Positions 26,396-39,236 of a DNA stretch of 64,000 bases are shown here, in pieces. Position 1 is the first letter of the stretch. Every line of letters begins with the position of its first letter. A program made the translations under genes and the position numbers. The stretch covers positions 930,001 through 994,000 of the forward strand of contig JAQGDQ010000029.1 in assembly GCA_030141605.1 (NCBI GenBank). Direction: 5' to 3'. The DNA is from Tubiluchus corallicola (Eukaryota > Animalia > Priapulida). The notes beneath the pieces are model-generated. The model was given only the letters and a program-made list of their open reading frames with translations, was not told the DNA's origin and did not search any database.

Positions 26396-28335
26396 TGGAA
26401 AATTGCAGAGCTTGAGGTCATAGTTATCATACCTGCCTGCAACACAGTTTCTAAGAACTGAGTTCGAAAATGGAAAAGTTCGAAACAGCGACTTTTTGAC
26501 TTCTTGACTCTGAAAGAGCATTTGGGTCCAAATGAACTGTTCAGCTTATCCGTTCAGTTCAAAAGAACCTCTCTTACATCCGCTGCTATGTCCATTCACA
26601 TGCAGTTCACCCCCATGGAGCCTAACACTCACTTGAAGTCTTGCTTTGCAATTCTCTGTTTTACTCTTAAAGTTTTGACTTTCGTAGCTTTGTCCATCTT
26701 AAGAATTGTAAAATATCGTATAGCCACTGGCCACAGTCGTTTCTTGAAAAGATGCTTCCTGTTCTACCGAACAATGTGGTAAATTTCTCAGTGAACAAAA
26801 TGTGGACTGCTGCAGAGATTTGACTTTTGGACTTTAGCGGTGGTGTGGTCACTGTACCAAATTCCTGAATGCCAGAATTATTTTTCCTTCTTATTGCAAA
26901 GTGTATGTAAGCAAAGATTTAGTTGCGTCTACGAAATGTGAAGTGTATTACAGTTTGTGGTTTTTTAGCTTGCTCAGTGATTTAATACTGATCAATAGCA
27001 AGTTTGTTCTTGATTTTTGATCAAAAAGTGAGGTGCGTGAAGAAAAGAATGATGGATAAAGGAGAGAAAGGGGTGATGCAAGGGTATAGACAGAGGAACA
27101 AAAGTACGAACAAAACACCATACAGAAGAATTATGAGGAGAAGAAGCAGGAAGAAAAAACTGAATTAAAAATCGTGACAGTAACAACCAATTTGATAAAA
27201 AGTTTACTAATGGGCTAATAACTTGATGTAGTTGCATTAATCACTTTTAGAAGAATCAAAACAGGAAATATATAACATGGCCTTGATCGTCATGTTCTTC
27301 AATTCGTTTCAAAAATATGAGATAATAAAGTGTGTAATTGAGGTGGTTTGTAGAAAGGAACGCAACCTTCAATTGCAACCCTGGATGAAAAATTAAGTTG
27401 GTGTGATAGTTATTAAAGCCGGAATCAAAAACTTAACTTATATGCGCAATGTAATTATTAGTTGCTCGATAACTCATGCGATAGTTGTTCAATTTCTAAT
27501 TTCACACGATACGTATCATGTAATTGTTCTTGTGCGCAAGTTTTGTAGTTGTTACTGCGTGACTAACTTCATGGTTTATGTAGTGTCGGTTTGCGTAATT
27601 TTGCTATGATCTCCAAATTCATGATGGTGGGGTTGGTTTTATAATTTTTTTAACCTTGGAAACTTTCACTACCGCGTCGCTAAATTGCTGAAGATATTAC
27701 TGTGAAGACCAAACAAGTTGAAGTTAACGGCAATCCTTTTATTTGTATATAAAAATTTGTTTTTCTTCCGCTCGTTTGATAACTCCACCCATCTTCACTT
27801 CAGAAAAATGTAGCATGTTTATTACTTGCATAACCTTGGTATTTAGTAGAAACTATACAGATATTTATATATACGTGTTGATTGTACATGTATCTTCTAC
27901 TGAGAGAAAAGTGACAAAGGTCCAGATAATGTCTGAAAGTTGAAAAATTCCGGGCTTGTTCATTGTGATTGATGCATTCGTCAATACTAGTTGTGTCTCG
28001 CACTATGACCGAGGTCTTAACTTTGATCATGGCATCGCATCTTGAGTATGTTTATCTTGCTACGATCGTTTACTGTAATTAATTGAAGGGTGTATGACAG
28101 TGTATACAATCAATAGAGGCGCGGTTTATTTTCAATTCCAGCGATATTGTTTCCTACATCCATTAAAACTGCATGCCGACTGACCACTATTTAGGAAATT
28201 TAGAAATAGTCCTTTTATTTCTACTGATCCAAGTAAAAAATACAATTACATCTAAAATTTCCCTAATGCGAAAGAAAGTAATCTTTCGACTGATCTAGTA
28301 AAACGATATTCACTCTAAAATGAATACAGTAGATG

Positions 28336-28734
28336 CAATAAGCCTTTTCACAGTTTCCTTTCGCGAACGGACAGTTGCTGCATGTCAAAGGTTAAGTGTA
28401 CCACAGCAACGCATCCTAGCTACAACTGTCACGTAACGTGTGTGCACAACAAAGCTTTCTGTCGCATCAGTTCGGTAACTTCGATTCTTTTACGTGGACG
28501 TTACTTAATTATGCATTAGCCTGCGCGTAGAGTGATTTATTACCAGGATTGTGCTTGAGAACAAGAAAAAATGAACTAGGCAAGATTCTAGCTGTTAAAA
28601 CAGTTACTATTACAGCAACTTGAGCTGCAAGGCGTACAGGCTGTTAAGTGTACACAAATACGTTGTCTGGTACACTTAACCTTTGACCTTTTCCTGATCA
28701 CCATTAATCGCTGGAACCGAGAAGAGGCTTATTG
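28336..28734. mobile_element. MITE-like element (about 400 bp) with bipartite terminal inverted repeats
   Basis: Outer IR caataagccttttc (28336) / gaagaggcttattg (ends 28734), 1 mismatch; inner perfect 20-bp IR gtcaaaggttaagtgtacca 28384-28403 / tggtacacttaacctttgac 28668-28687; no coding capacity; no clear TSD. Confidence 0.6.
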
Positions 28735-31700
28735 AGTGAATTTAACTTTTACAGTTGCATCATAGTCATGTAAACATTTAAAATGCAAAATATATGTTAT
28801 AAAAGCTTATAGACACTTTGAAGCGTGGCCTGTTTCATTATTTCGCCTGACAGTGATTCATAGAGCAATGTTTTTAATTAATTTTTATAGTTCTTTATTG
28901 CCATGCTCTTTGACAATTCGTGTACTAGTAATAATTTATTACATGGCGTCAATCTTTGAAAAGCATGATCACTGTAATTTAAATAATTTATAATTACAAA
29001 AGTACAACTATAAAAATAACGCCTGTAGAATAACATTAAGCTCATAACATTATTTTCGTATTTATAACCGCTTATAACCGAGTTCAAAAAGTCATAGAGG
29101 ATGCATTCTTTGAGCTAATAGTAGACGACATTAACACCGGACCTGAGTGTATGGAATCTTTTGTTTTCTCTCTAATTATGGCGCATGGCAGTATGTCACT
29201 GGGGTCAACAGATTGTAATTCAAACTATTTAGAAGAAAAATTGTCAGCTTAAGAATCAGGCTTGAAAGTTTACAAACCTCCATTGCGTGATGTCGACCAT
29301 TTTTCTCCTACGCGCGCTTCTAATTAAAAAGATGGTACAACTTAAAAGCTAAACTTGCGTGTATGGAAAACATTAAAGTAAATCAGGGTGACTGACATAC
29401 CACTGACCTTGTATAGCACAAGTTCGAATATTTGGAAAAGAATTAGTAAAATAATGGCTCTTCATACGTTAATGTCCTGAGAACTGTACTTGCCTATTGA
29501 ATATTATAATGAATAATAATAGCAATTAATAAAGTATAAAGTTGAACATGAAAAACAAGCACTAGCAAGTAAAGAATAACTTATAGACCTACTACATAGC
29601 AAACAAATAAGCAAGAGGGACGAGTACACAAAACTCAAAGACAACCTGCTCGACAATCCTAAAAAATCTGCACAATAAATAATATATGCATATGGTAAGA
29701 TGGGTTAATAGTCGTACACAGGCTAAGGTTGGACATTGAGTTTCAGGCTTTGCTAAAAATAACAAAATAGTATATAAACTGTTTTTGCTCTTTTTTTAGT
29801 AAACTCGTTTTACCCACAGCACCTGTACTCGTTCCTAAAGAGTAGAAGCCTAGCGCCAATGCAAAAATCGTTGCGGCCACGATTTTAAAAACAATAGCTA
29901 ATTTATCAGTTGATTATTAAACAAATTGTCGATTTTCCGTCATTCTATCAAGCATTTCTATGAACTTTTTTTGCATATTATATAGTTTTCTTTGACGAAA
30001 TTTGTGCTATGACTAAAATGTGTGCTACTTGTTGGTGATAATGTGGCATGAGTTACTTAAATACAAAAACAGGACCTGGGCAGAATATTAGATGTAATGA
30101 CATACAATGACTATATTAATATTTGTCGTATATATTGTAGGCTGGGGTCAGGTTAAGCCTTCTTGTGAATTAGGTGCCTCGCATTTAATAGCATAGAGTG
30201 TGTATAACATAACACGCATGCGTCGTGTGTTATAAGTATAGACGCCATTAGCATAATTTTGCGGCATATATTTCATAGCTTTGTGTGATTATTTTTTCAA
30301 CAATTATGTGTCATTAGCCATGGCAGGGAGGGGCAAATCAGAGGCAAATTGTTGGCTGTAATTTACGCCTATAAATGCCTGTATTTGGGTGGAACTGGTT
30401 GTGTTATAATGCGGGTATGTTTTTATAGGAAATTTGAGCGCGCAAAGTTGCAGCGTGAACTCATTCGGATAATCAGTGAAGTCCTTATCAAATTCTGAGT
30501 GTAAAAATTTGCTCCTGGTACTTGAACACCGGGTCTATGCTTCGTCGCAAGTGATACAAAACCAATTTGATAGTTTGCAAAAATAGAATACGTAATAATA
30601 TGTAATAATTGCACTTGAATGCGTGTTAAACCTGTTATTATAAATCATAATAAACTAGGAATTTTAATCTGCTATTTCACGTACGTTAACCATTACATTA
30701 AAGGCTACTGGAGTTGTCAAAAACTTGTGGCCACATTGTAGAGAATTAAATCGTGCACAGCAAAAGTAAATGTTCATGTTTGGATAAGCGTTGATGACAA
30801 AAATGCATGTTAATTTTTTGACTTTAGAGTCTTCAGTCATTTGTCATTTTAAATAAAATGAGTTTTAGATAACACAATGTGTTTACAGATATTTCTTTCT
30901 GGTTTGTACAAAATTCGGCATTTATTCAGGTAAAATATTCGCAATAAATGTATGACATTTCCAGTTCTCTCGACTCTTTCTCAACCATGCAATATCTTCA
31001 CTGTGAATATTACAGAGTATAGATAAAGGTTGAAAAAGTGTAATATATGTCTGTTAAGCCATGGACGCCGAATACTTTCCCAAGTGAGGTCGCTTTACTC
31101 ATCTGTGCTTTATTTCATGCAACGCTTAAATTTTTATTAAAATATGTAGAGATAAAATACTTCGCTTTAGCATTGCTAAAATTTGATTAATTTGTTATCT
31201 GCAATTTGTTTCTGATATCTGGCTTTGTATCCCGATTGGCACTTGTTATTGTCATTTCACCATCGTCATAGTCATCGTCACGCTAGCATCACTATCACTA
31301 TCAGTGTTCCAAAATTCCTTTATGTTTGATTAACTAAAGAATGCAATTCAGAATAAGGAGGGTGTATACATACTATACAGTTCAACATTCATCAATAATC
31401 TTATACCGCCTTGAGCTGTCGCTGTGACGTTCCATTGTAATAATCTCTCAAGGTTGTATGTGTCATAAAAAGATCAAAAGTTTTGTAAGGTTTGACAGGA
31501 AAAGGGCATTCAGATTACTTTTACATGACTATATTGCATAACTATGCAAAACAGCAAACTCTAAATGAAACAAACGCGCACTCAAGAACGCACGCGTGCA
31601 CCAACCTACATGCACACACATGCACTGCTCACAATGCATGCACCTCTTACCCTGAGTGGTCACTGACTTATTTGGAGTGATTTGTGAAAAAAGTAGCCTT

Positions 31701-34091
31701 GCATAGTCGCGATTAACTTACAATTATTATTGAAATACGGTATAAATAAACCCAACATGTGTAATATCAGCGCATACACTGCTAAATGTACGTAGCCTTA
31801 ATTGTTAGTAGGTATAGCACGTTAAATGCTTCATGCCAAATCGTTATAAAATTGTACAATTAAACAACCTATTATTGCTTGGGATTGGACCCAATAGTGT
31901 GAAATTCAATGATTTTGTATTTGCTGGTGCGGAAAGCGTCCCTGAATTAAAATATTTGCAATAAAAGCTCTAGAAGAGTCAGTAAGCGAAAAGCAATTGC
32001 ATTATTTGTAACAGCAACACTATTTTTATAGTTTGTGATCCGACGACTAACTTTTTAAGAGGAAAATTTGAAAGTTCAGCTACCATTCGTGGACTCGCCA
32101 ATTTTGAAGGTGGCACATTTGTCGCTTTGAATTTATATAAAGTGCGACTATAGGTCATGAGTAGTCTTGTACCAGCGTCATTCATGGGCGCTTGCATACA
32201 ATATTTACAAATACGATCGACTTCCTATATGATTTTACCCCAAATAAATTATTGCGTTCAAAAAGCGATGGACTCTGACTTGATCAAGTAAATCGAGTTT
32301 GTTTTGTTAAGCGATGACTTAATCCGATTAATCAGATTAGAACCAAGGCAGTTCTATGTTTTTTTAAGCTCTGCACTTTAGGAAATAGAAGTGGATGTAA
32401 GATGAAGTAAATAATTAAGTCATTCATACCAGTGTAGGTAGATTGGTTATCTGCCATGTTTACACGAAAGATATTACCGCGTGTTTGAGGTCAAAAGTCA
32501 AAGCCAAGACCAAGGACTAGAGGTTCTTATATTCTGAGCTTTAGTATGCTTAGAGGCTTGTATACTTAATCTAATGAGATTATAAGCAATTCTCCCTAAC
32601 GACGTGTTAAAAACTTTTACTAATTAACAGCAATATAAACGTACAAAGATTTTCTGATGGATCCGTATTTGTAATTACATAAGATATGATGGGAAAAAAT
32701 TCTTCGCAACGAAAAATGTGTTCTTCGCAATCTTTTATATGTTTATTTATAGACTAGCAAGATCATAAATGTAACGCTGCATCGTGATTATTGTTTTTGC
32801 ACCAAGGAACTAACATCAATGTTACAAATGTGCAAAGACATGGCGTAATTACTAATACGACAGCAATTAACCAATGAATACAGTATTTTGTCCCGTTAAT
32901 GTACACAAATATATGCCGAATTAGCCTTACTATGTTACCATGTACTTGTGTTGGGTCACGGGCCGACATTAGAATGTAGCTAGAAGTATTTTAACACTTC
33001 TTTGTAAAATATTTGCGTTTCAGTTACTGCATACGTTACAGCAGCTGTCTACAGTGTCTACTTCATCTCCCCAGATGTAGGTTAAGACTAGATTATGGTT
33101 TCTAACTTTTTACTAATAAGATAATTTGACGTTCTGATGTGCTGTACACTAAACGTTGTTTGAAGTGAAAACAACAAAGCCTCAGTATTTTGTACAGGTA
33201 TTTGGTAACTGTCTGTTCTCAGATGTCAAGGCAATCATATCATCTTGTTGGGTCGATGAATACTTTGGAATAAGATTTGCCGCTGCGGTTGTTGGTACCC
33301 GATTATTAATCATGCAAATGAGGGCCCAAATGAGACAATAAATGGACTTTCCTCGACTAACCTTGCACAATCTGGTTGTTGTCATCGGTCTGATGGCAAA
33401 AGGAAGCGTTAGATAACCCGATCCACTTGGGAGAAAAGACTGAGTAAAACCGATAATTTCTCCAAATGTCTTCGGGCAACAATGGACAGTGGTCAGTTTA
33501 GGATGACATGATGATTGATCGAGTAGTAATTGTTACGTCGATGCAAACGACTGAGAGAAAAGGGGTGCTGTTCTTTCGGTTGAGTGGGGCTGTCTTTACC
33601 GGGCTGTTTGCCGAAGCGTAACGAGTTCCAAATACTGCGCGAGCGGTTAGTGGTCATGTATACACATATTCGAGTGTAAAGTCATAGTCGTGTTCAAGTG
33701 AGTAAGCGCTAGCATTATCATCAAGTGTACGAAGTTTGTTTCTCCAAATTGGTCAACCCAAATAATATACGAAGCAACAAAAGTTAAATCTGACCGTGCA
33801 AAAATCTGTTGAGATCTGTAATGGTAATATTTTTATACGTCGGACTTCAGCAAAGTTTGTGTTTAGATACTCAGGAAAAGTGCGAAAGAATGTCTACATT
33901 GTTTTATTTCTGTCTGAATTTTATTTTCTCGATAAAATGAATTAAGATTATTTTTGTTATCCAATGTGTTAAAGTGGAACGCGATTTGGTGAATTGTCTC
34001 GAGATTTTCCTGGAGATTCCCACAATTCGTCATTATTTTGTGTTGTTATAAGTGAAGTTAATTATTGCCGATCGATGCTATAGATTTAAGG

Positions 34092-34147
34092 ATGACTCGT
34101 ATCGTGTGCCTAGGTCGGAATCAAGCAAATTCAACTTCGTTGTACAG
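34092..34147 (+). CDS. Candidate alternative first coding exon MTRIVCLGRNQANSTSLY(R/S)
   Basis: aggATG context; ends TACAG|GTGAAA in phase 2; follows a GC/CpG-richer promoter-like block (about 33540-33700) and an AT-rich UTR-like stretch. Donor is only moderate. Confidence 0.3.
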
Positions 34148-35833
34148 GTGAAATTTCTTTGTCAAATGGACTGGTATTCGCTTCTGGGTGAATTTGTTTC
34201 TTTCCCTAGTTTTCCTGGCAGTCGTTAGGATTATCATATTTAGATTATCAAATAGGCGTATGAATTTGATACCTATAGCGTTTATAGTTTTTGTAGAGCG
34301 AAAGTTCATTTAAACGTTAGTCACGCACAACTGTGTTTCAATTCAAGTAATCGTTTTTTATCGAGTCGTAAACGTTTATGGTATAGCAAACGTGTCAAGT
34401 TTTCCATTGTGCCACAAGAGAAACCAGGACGTGACAGAAATATTTGTAACAATCGGTTCCTTTATTTCTCTTCTTATAGTTTAACCCTTTTACGCGGAGG
34501 TCAATGTTAAGTGTCCTTGACAACAATGCAGTTTTCACAGATTGGTTAGCTAAGTGCAAATTGTGACATACATTTTCCGTTAAATACAGCTAAAGTACGA
34601 GTGGTCTAATGCATCAGTTCCAGCTATAGGTATAGCTTGTTAGGCATTACTTTAGACAAAACGTAATGCACTAAGGTTTATTTCTTTTTTGTCTGGAGAC
34701 TTTCTTTGATACATTTTTGTTATCTTTGAAAAGTTGTTAAGTAGCCTTTATTAAGTAATTTTTGTTAAGTTTATAAGTTAATTATGTCTTTATTAAATAA
34801 GAAATTTATCTCCACCCGCGAGACGCCTTTCTGAAGCGAAATTTTATAATGACAATAAGGCTTGCTTTGTAAATATAGGTACTTAAGTAAAATGCGAGAA
34901 TTGCATATAATATGCTATGACCTATGTGTCTCACTGAAACAAGTTTTACATTTTAAAGTTAAATATAAATTTGAAACACGATTACTCGAGTAACTACTGA
35001 AGATCAAGAACCAGATCACAATATCAATAATTACTAAAACTTGTACAGTTTCCACTTTTGCCGAAAGGTCAATAAGAAAGACTATATGCAGCTAAAAGAT
35101 AGCTAATCTTGACTAATGTGGGCTAAAATGACACCAGTTTTTGTTGAAAAAAATGCGTTACCATTCCGGGGAAAGCATTTGTCGAAGTAACCTACATCAC
35201 TATTCTCAGCAGAACTCTGGCAGCTGGTAGAATGTGTTACAGTCTCATTGAATGACACCTGAAAGCGTTTTTATTACACAGCTGTCAATAATAGGCCTCT
35301 TCATTTCTACTAAAACTTTTTTCTGTCCGCCCGTCAGCGTGTCAGATGCCCGACGCATACAAATTTTCGCTCGAATAATTTTTTGCTTTGTCTGAGTTCT
35401 TGGCACTTTTACGCGCTTAATACTCAGCGCATGTCTATTACACGTTTTAATCTAGTTAGTAGCTCTTAAGACACTCAGCATCCTCTCTGAGTTTTTTCTA
35501 AGTTAGTTTGTTGCACTCGAGTCAGCTTTAATGGCGTTACGCCTACTCGGTGTCCCGAATAAAAAATCGAGCGTGCCCTGGGTTTGCAATGGGTTGCGAC
35601 CAAAAACGCCTACAACAAAAGTATATGCATACAACTGAAAAGAAACTAAATGTTAGATTGTCAAGTCTTCGCTTCGTGCTGATCGTAAATTTAGGACATG
35701 ATTCAGAAACATTCCGGATCTAGATAATTATTGTTAGGCGCTTAGAAAAGTTGAACGGTTTTAGCTTTGAAGAGGCGCGCCCATGCTTTTTTGGAAGAGG
35801 AATCTTCAAATGTATTACGTTGAGACTATTATG

Positions 35834-35895
35834 TTACATATATACAAAATATTATATTACGTGTATACAAAATATTGTATTACGTGTATATAAAA
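35834..35895. repeat. 23-bp minisatellite, about 2.7 copies (ttacgtgtatacaaaatattRta)
   Basis: Directly visible tandem units. Confidence 0.75.
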
Positions 35896-36768
35896 ATTCA
35901 TTTCGCTTTACTCATTTATCTATTTAGGTAATGTAGCCATAGTATAAAACCCATAAATTTATAGATGAGTTTATATTACATCTATTTTCTGAAGAAAATT
36001 ATACTGAAGTAGTTTATTATGCCTTTTTGGATGTTTTTGGATTGTTGTCCTTGTTGTGTTAATGCGTTAGTGAATAAATGAATCAATAATTAACATAGCT
36101 TATCTATAAGAAATTAATTTCCAACTTATCTATGTAAAAATTAGAAATTAGTAATACATGTATAATTAATGTGGACTGATCTGACTGTGGATGAAGTTAG
36201 GTCTGTTTATGAATTTAGTGGAAATATGACTTTAAAAAAATTAAATAGTAGTCTGTTAGTAGGGCCCTATTCCCTATGTCATTATTTAATTGTAATGAAA
36301 TACAACTCTTACAAATCTATATGAATTTTCACACAGAGTGGTATGTAACATCCTCAGTTTATGTATTTGGCCTCAATCCCCTTCGTGGAATTTCGGTAGA
36401 AAATTTAATCTTGCCGTCAATGAAATGACGTTATCGACCTAAAAGTTCAGTCCGATTGTTTGCTATAAAGAGCAGTTAAACGTTTGTGCTTGTTCAAATT
36501 TTGCACACACAAATTTTATTCTCATGCGCTGTCATAATTATGTTTATGTCATATGTCAAGTTACTATAAAAGGTAATCAGCGGGGATTTTTGGTAAGCTA
36601 TGTATGTGGCAGCTGAAATAGGTATAGATAGAATGAAAATGAATAATGGTTTGAATTATAATGTATAATTAGTTGAAAATAGACCATTCTTTCGCGAAAT
36701 TTTCGAGCAGAATAAATTACTGTGATTATATTTATGATTTTAAGATGATTAAATAACCGCATTTAGGC

Positions 36769-36802
36769 CTCTCTCTTTCTCTTTCTCTCTTTCTCTTTCT
36801 CT

Positions 36803-36890
<88 letters not shown>
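36769..36890. repeat. Compound (CT/CTTT)n-(TA)n microsatellite
   Basis: Directly visible. Confidence 0.95.
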
Positions 36891-39139
36891 TTCTTGTTAA
36901 GCACGTGCTATAATTATTTTTTATACATGAAGTATAAAACTTCTTCCTAATTTTATTTTACAGTGTACTCAGTACCTACTTGACATAGTTTATAGATCAT
37001 TAGAGAAGGTCTTTTATACATCGTTTATTAATCTTTTATATATTTTTGAGCACATAAGCAGATTTAAGCTCCAGACTTGTTTCCATTCCTGCTCTTCTGA
37101 TTAATAGATTTTCTTATACTTTTTCATAGTTTTTTGCCCAAAAGCAAATTCTTTTTTCTCGTAATCTTCTGATCCAGTAACAGTAATATTGATGGAAGCA
37201 AAGTTATTTCTTAATAATTAAATAGCCTTTAATTTTAGGTATAACTGCTTCTGTGTGTAGAGTTAATAATAACCTTTCCCTATCCCATTCTCTTTGCTCT
37301 TGTAGGCCCAATTATTTACCAGCAAGTACTGCACAATGAAAGTATAAACATACCACAGCGGAATTTAGTGTATGAAAAGCGCATAATTTGTATACCAGTC
37401 CGTGTGTGCAGATTCTTTAGAAGATCAAAGGATTTAAGAATGACCAGAACCCATTGTGTTCTCGCGCCAAGGTTCGAAAATCGGAACACTGATCCAGTTC
37501 CAAGGTTCCAATTCGGCTACAAAATCAATCAGTAACGTCAACATACCGGATTGTTTGTAAACTTTACAAATCTGCCGGATTTATTGTTCCCGTTTCGGAT
37601 TCTTTTTGAGGACTGGTGCGTGATTCCGGTACAACATCCAGGGCAAATTAGAGGGTCACATCAGCGTGGGAGTTGCTTTTGTGTTATGCAGGCCAGCAAA
37701 TAGTGCAGCACAAGTATCCACAAGAAATTTAAGCTGCGTATTACGTGTAACCAAGCTACTAAAGTAAAATTAGACGTTTAATTATACCCCTTAAAAGGAT
37801 GTGCTATTTAAAATCATAAAAGGCCCAAGGAGTTTTTTGGGGAGGGGGAGGGGGCGTGTATATTTAGGACTAAGCAAACAATTGCTCAGAGACTATATAA
37901 TCTAATAATAATTAGCTTTAAATGTTTTGTCCACTGAAGCCTATGCCTCATCAGTCGTTTATAGTAACTATTGACTTACCATACTATTGGAAGGGTTACG
38001 TGAAATTAAAAAGTAAAAATGGAAAAATTCTTGGTGTAAAAACAAGGCCTTTATAAGCTTCCAAGTAAAGTGCAACTCGGTTTTGTAACTCACTGAGCAT
38101 GTACATTAAAACGAGGTAAATTATAACAATTTTAGCGAGATTTTTTATGTGCAGACGTTACTATTATTGCTTAAAACATTTAAAGCTTACAGCGGTTTTT
38201 ATTGTTATGTACAACGTAAGCAAAAAAATTTACTATTCATATATAAATATATAGCTGAGTGATGTATGGAAGTTCGAGTTTTTATAAGTACGTGATAATA
38301 TTGTGTACTCATCTTCGTAACAACAATGCATTATGATAATTATGTGATTATAAGTAGCAATGTATATACGGTTATATAAGTTAATTGGTACCAGTTCGGA
38401 TTATCTCCCACTAACAATACTCACACGATGAGACCGTCCGAATAGCCTGTGATTTCACTGTTCTGAATACTAAAAACCTACCGACTGATGTTACGTTCTC
38501 TCGGAAATTGGTGGAAAATTAATAATCGATTGCTGTGCGATTATTGAGTGGTACGAACTAGAATTACCAGCAATTTATAAACTAGAGTTCATGTAACTAT
38601 TTCGCTTGCTGGCTTGTACATGCTTATTACCCTGTTTGACTGACATGTTTTTGGAAAAAACTGTGTCACTGTAATGTTAGAATCGTAGTAAATTAGCTTG
38701 TTGATTATTGCTATTACAATATGTATACATGTCCTGTGGGATTGCTTGGTGTTCAAGCATTCAAGCAAAAGAAAACACACCTCTTCTGTGGCACACTAGT
38801 GTTATGAAATATGTAATGTACAGGCTATAATATTAATATTACATGTATTTTAAAGACTCACATTATTATGACCTTCACTTGAATATTTTCAGTTACTTAA
38901 ATTCCTCTTCTAAAAAAGAAAAAGAGGGCTTTATTAAGGAACTTTATGCGGTTAACATACGCCTAAATGCTAGAAAAGTCCGCTCTATAATTTGTTCTGT
39001 AATTCAATTACTTAGTGAGAGAATGGAACAGATCAGTCAGAATATTAAACTAAAAACCGTACGTGGAAAAATTTTGTGCAGAAGTTTCACAAAATCGTTC
39101 TATATTTTATTATTTAATATTTAAATAAATAAATAATAT

Positions 39140-39236
39140 TTATATAGAATAATTATAATTAAATATAGAACGATTTAAATAAATAAATAATATTTATTTA
39201 AATCGTTCTATATTTAATTATAATTATTCTATATAA
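39140..39236. repeat. Perfect AT-rich palindrome: 46-bp arms, 5-nt spacer
   Basis: 39140-39185 is the exact reverse complement of 39191-39236; spacer aataa. Confidence 0.9.

Noticed and set aside
33182-33385. Minus-strand ORF with a hydrophobic stretch, possible nested secreted peptide
   Set aside because: No recognisable family, processing pattern or splice structure; within the chance ORF size range.
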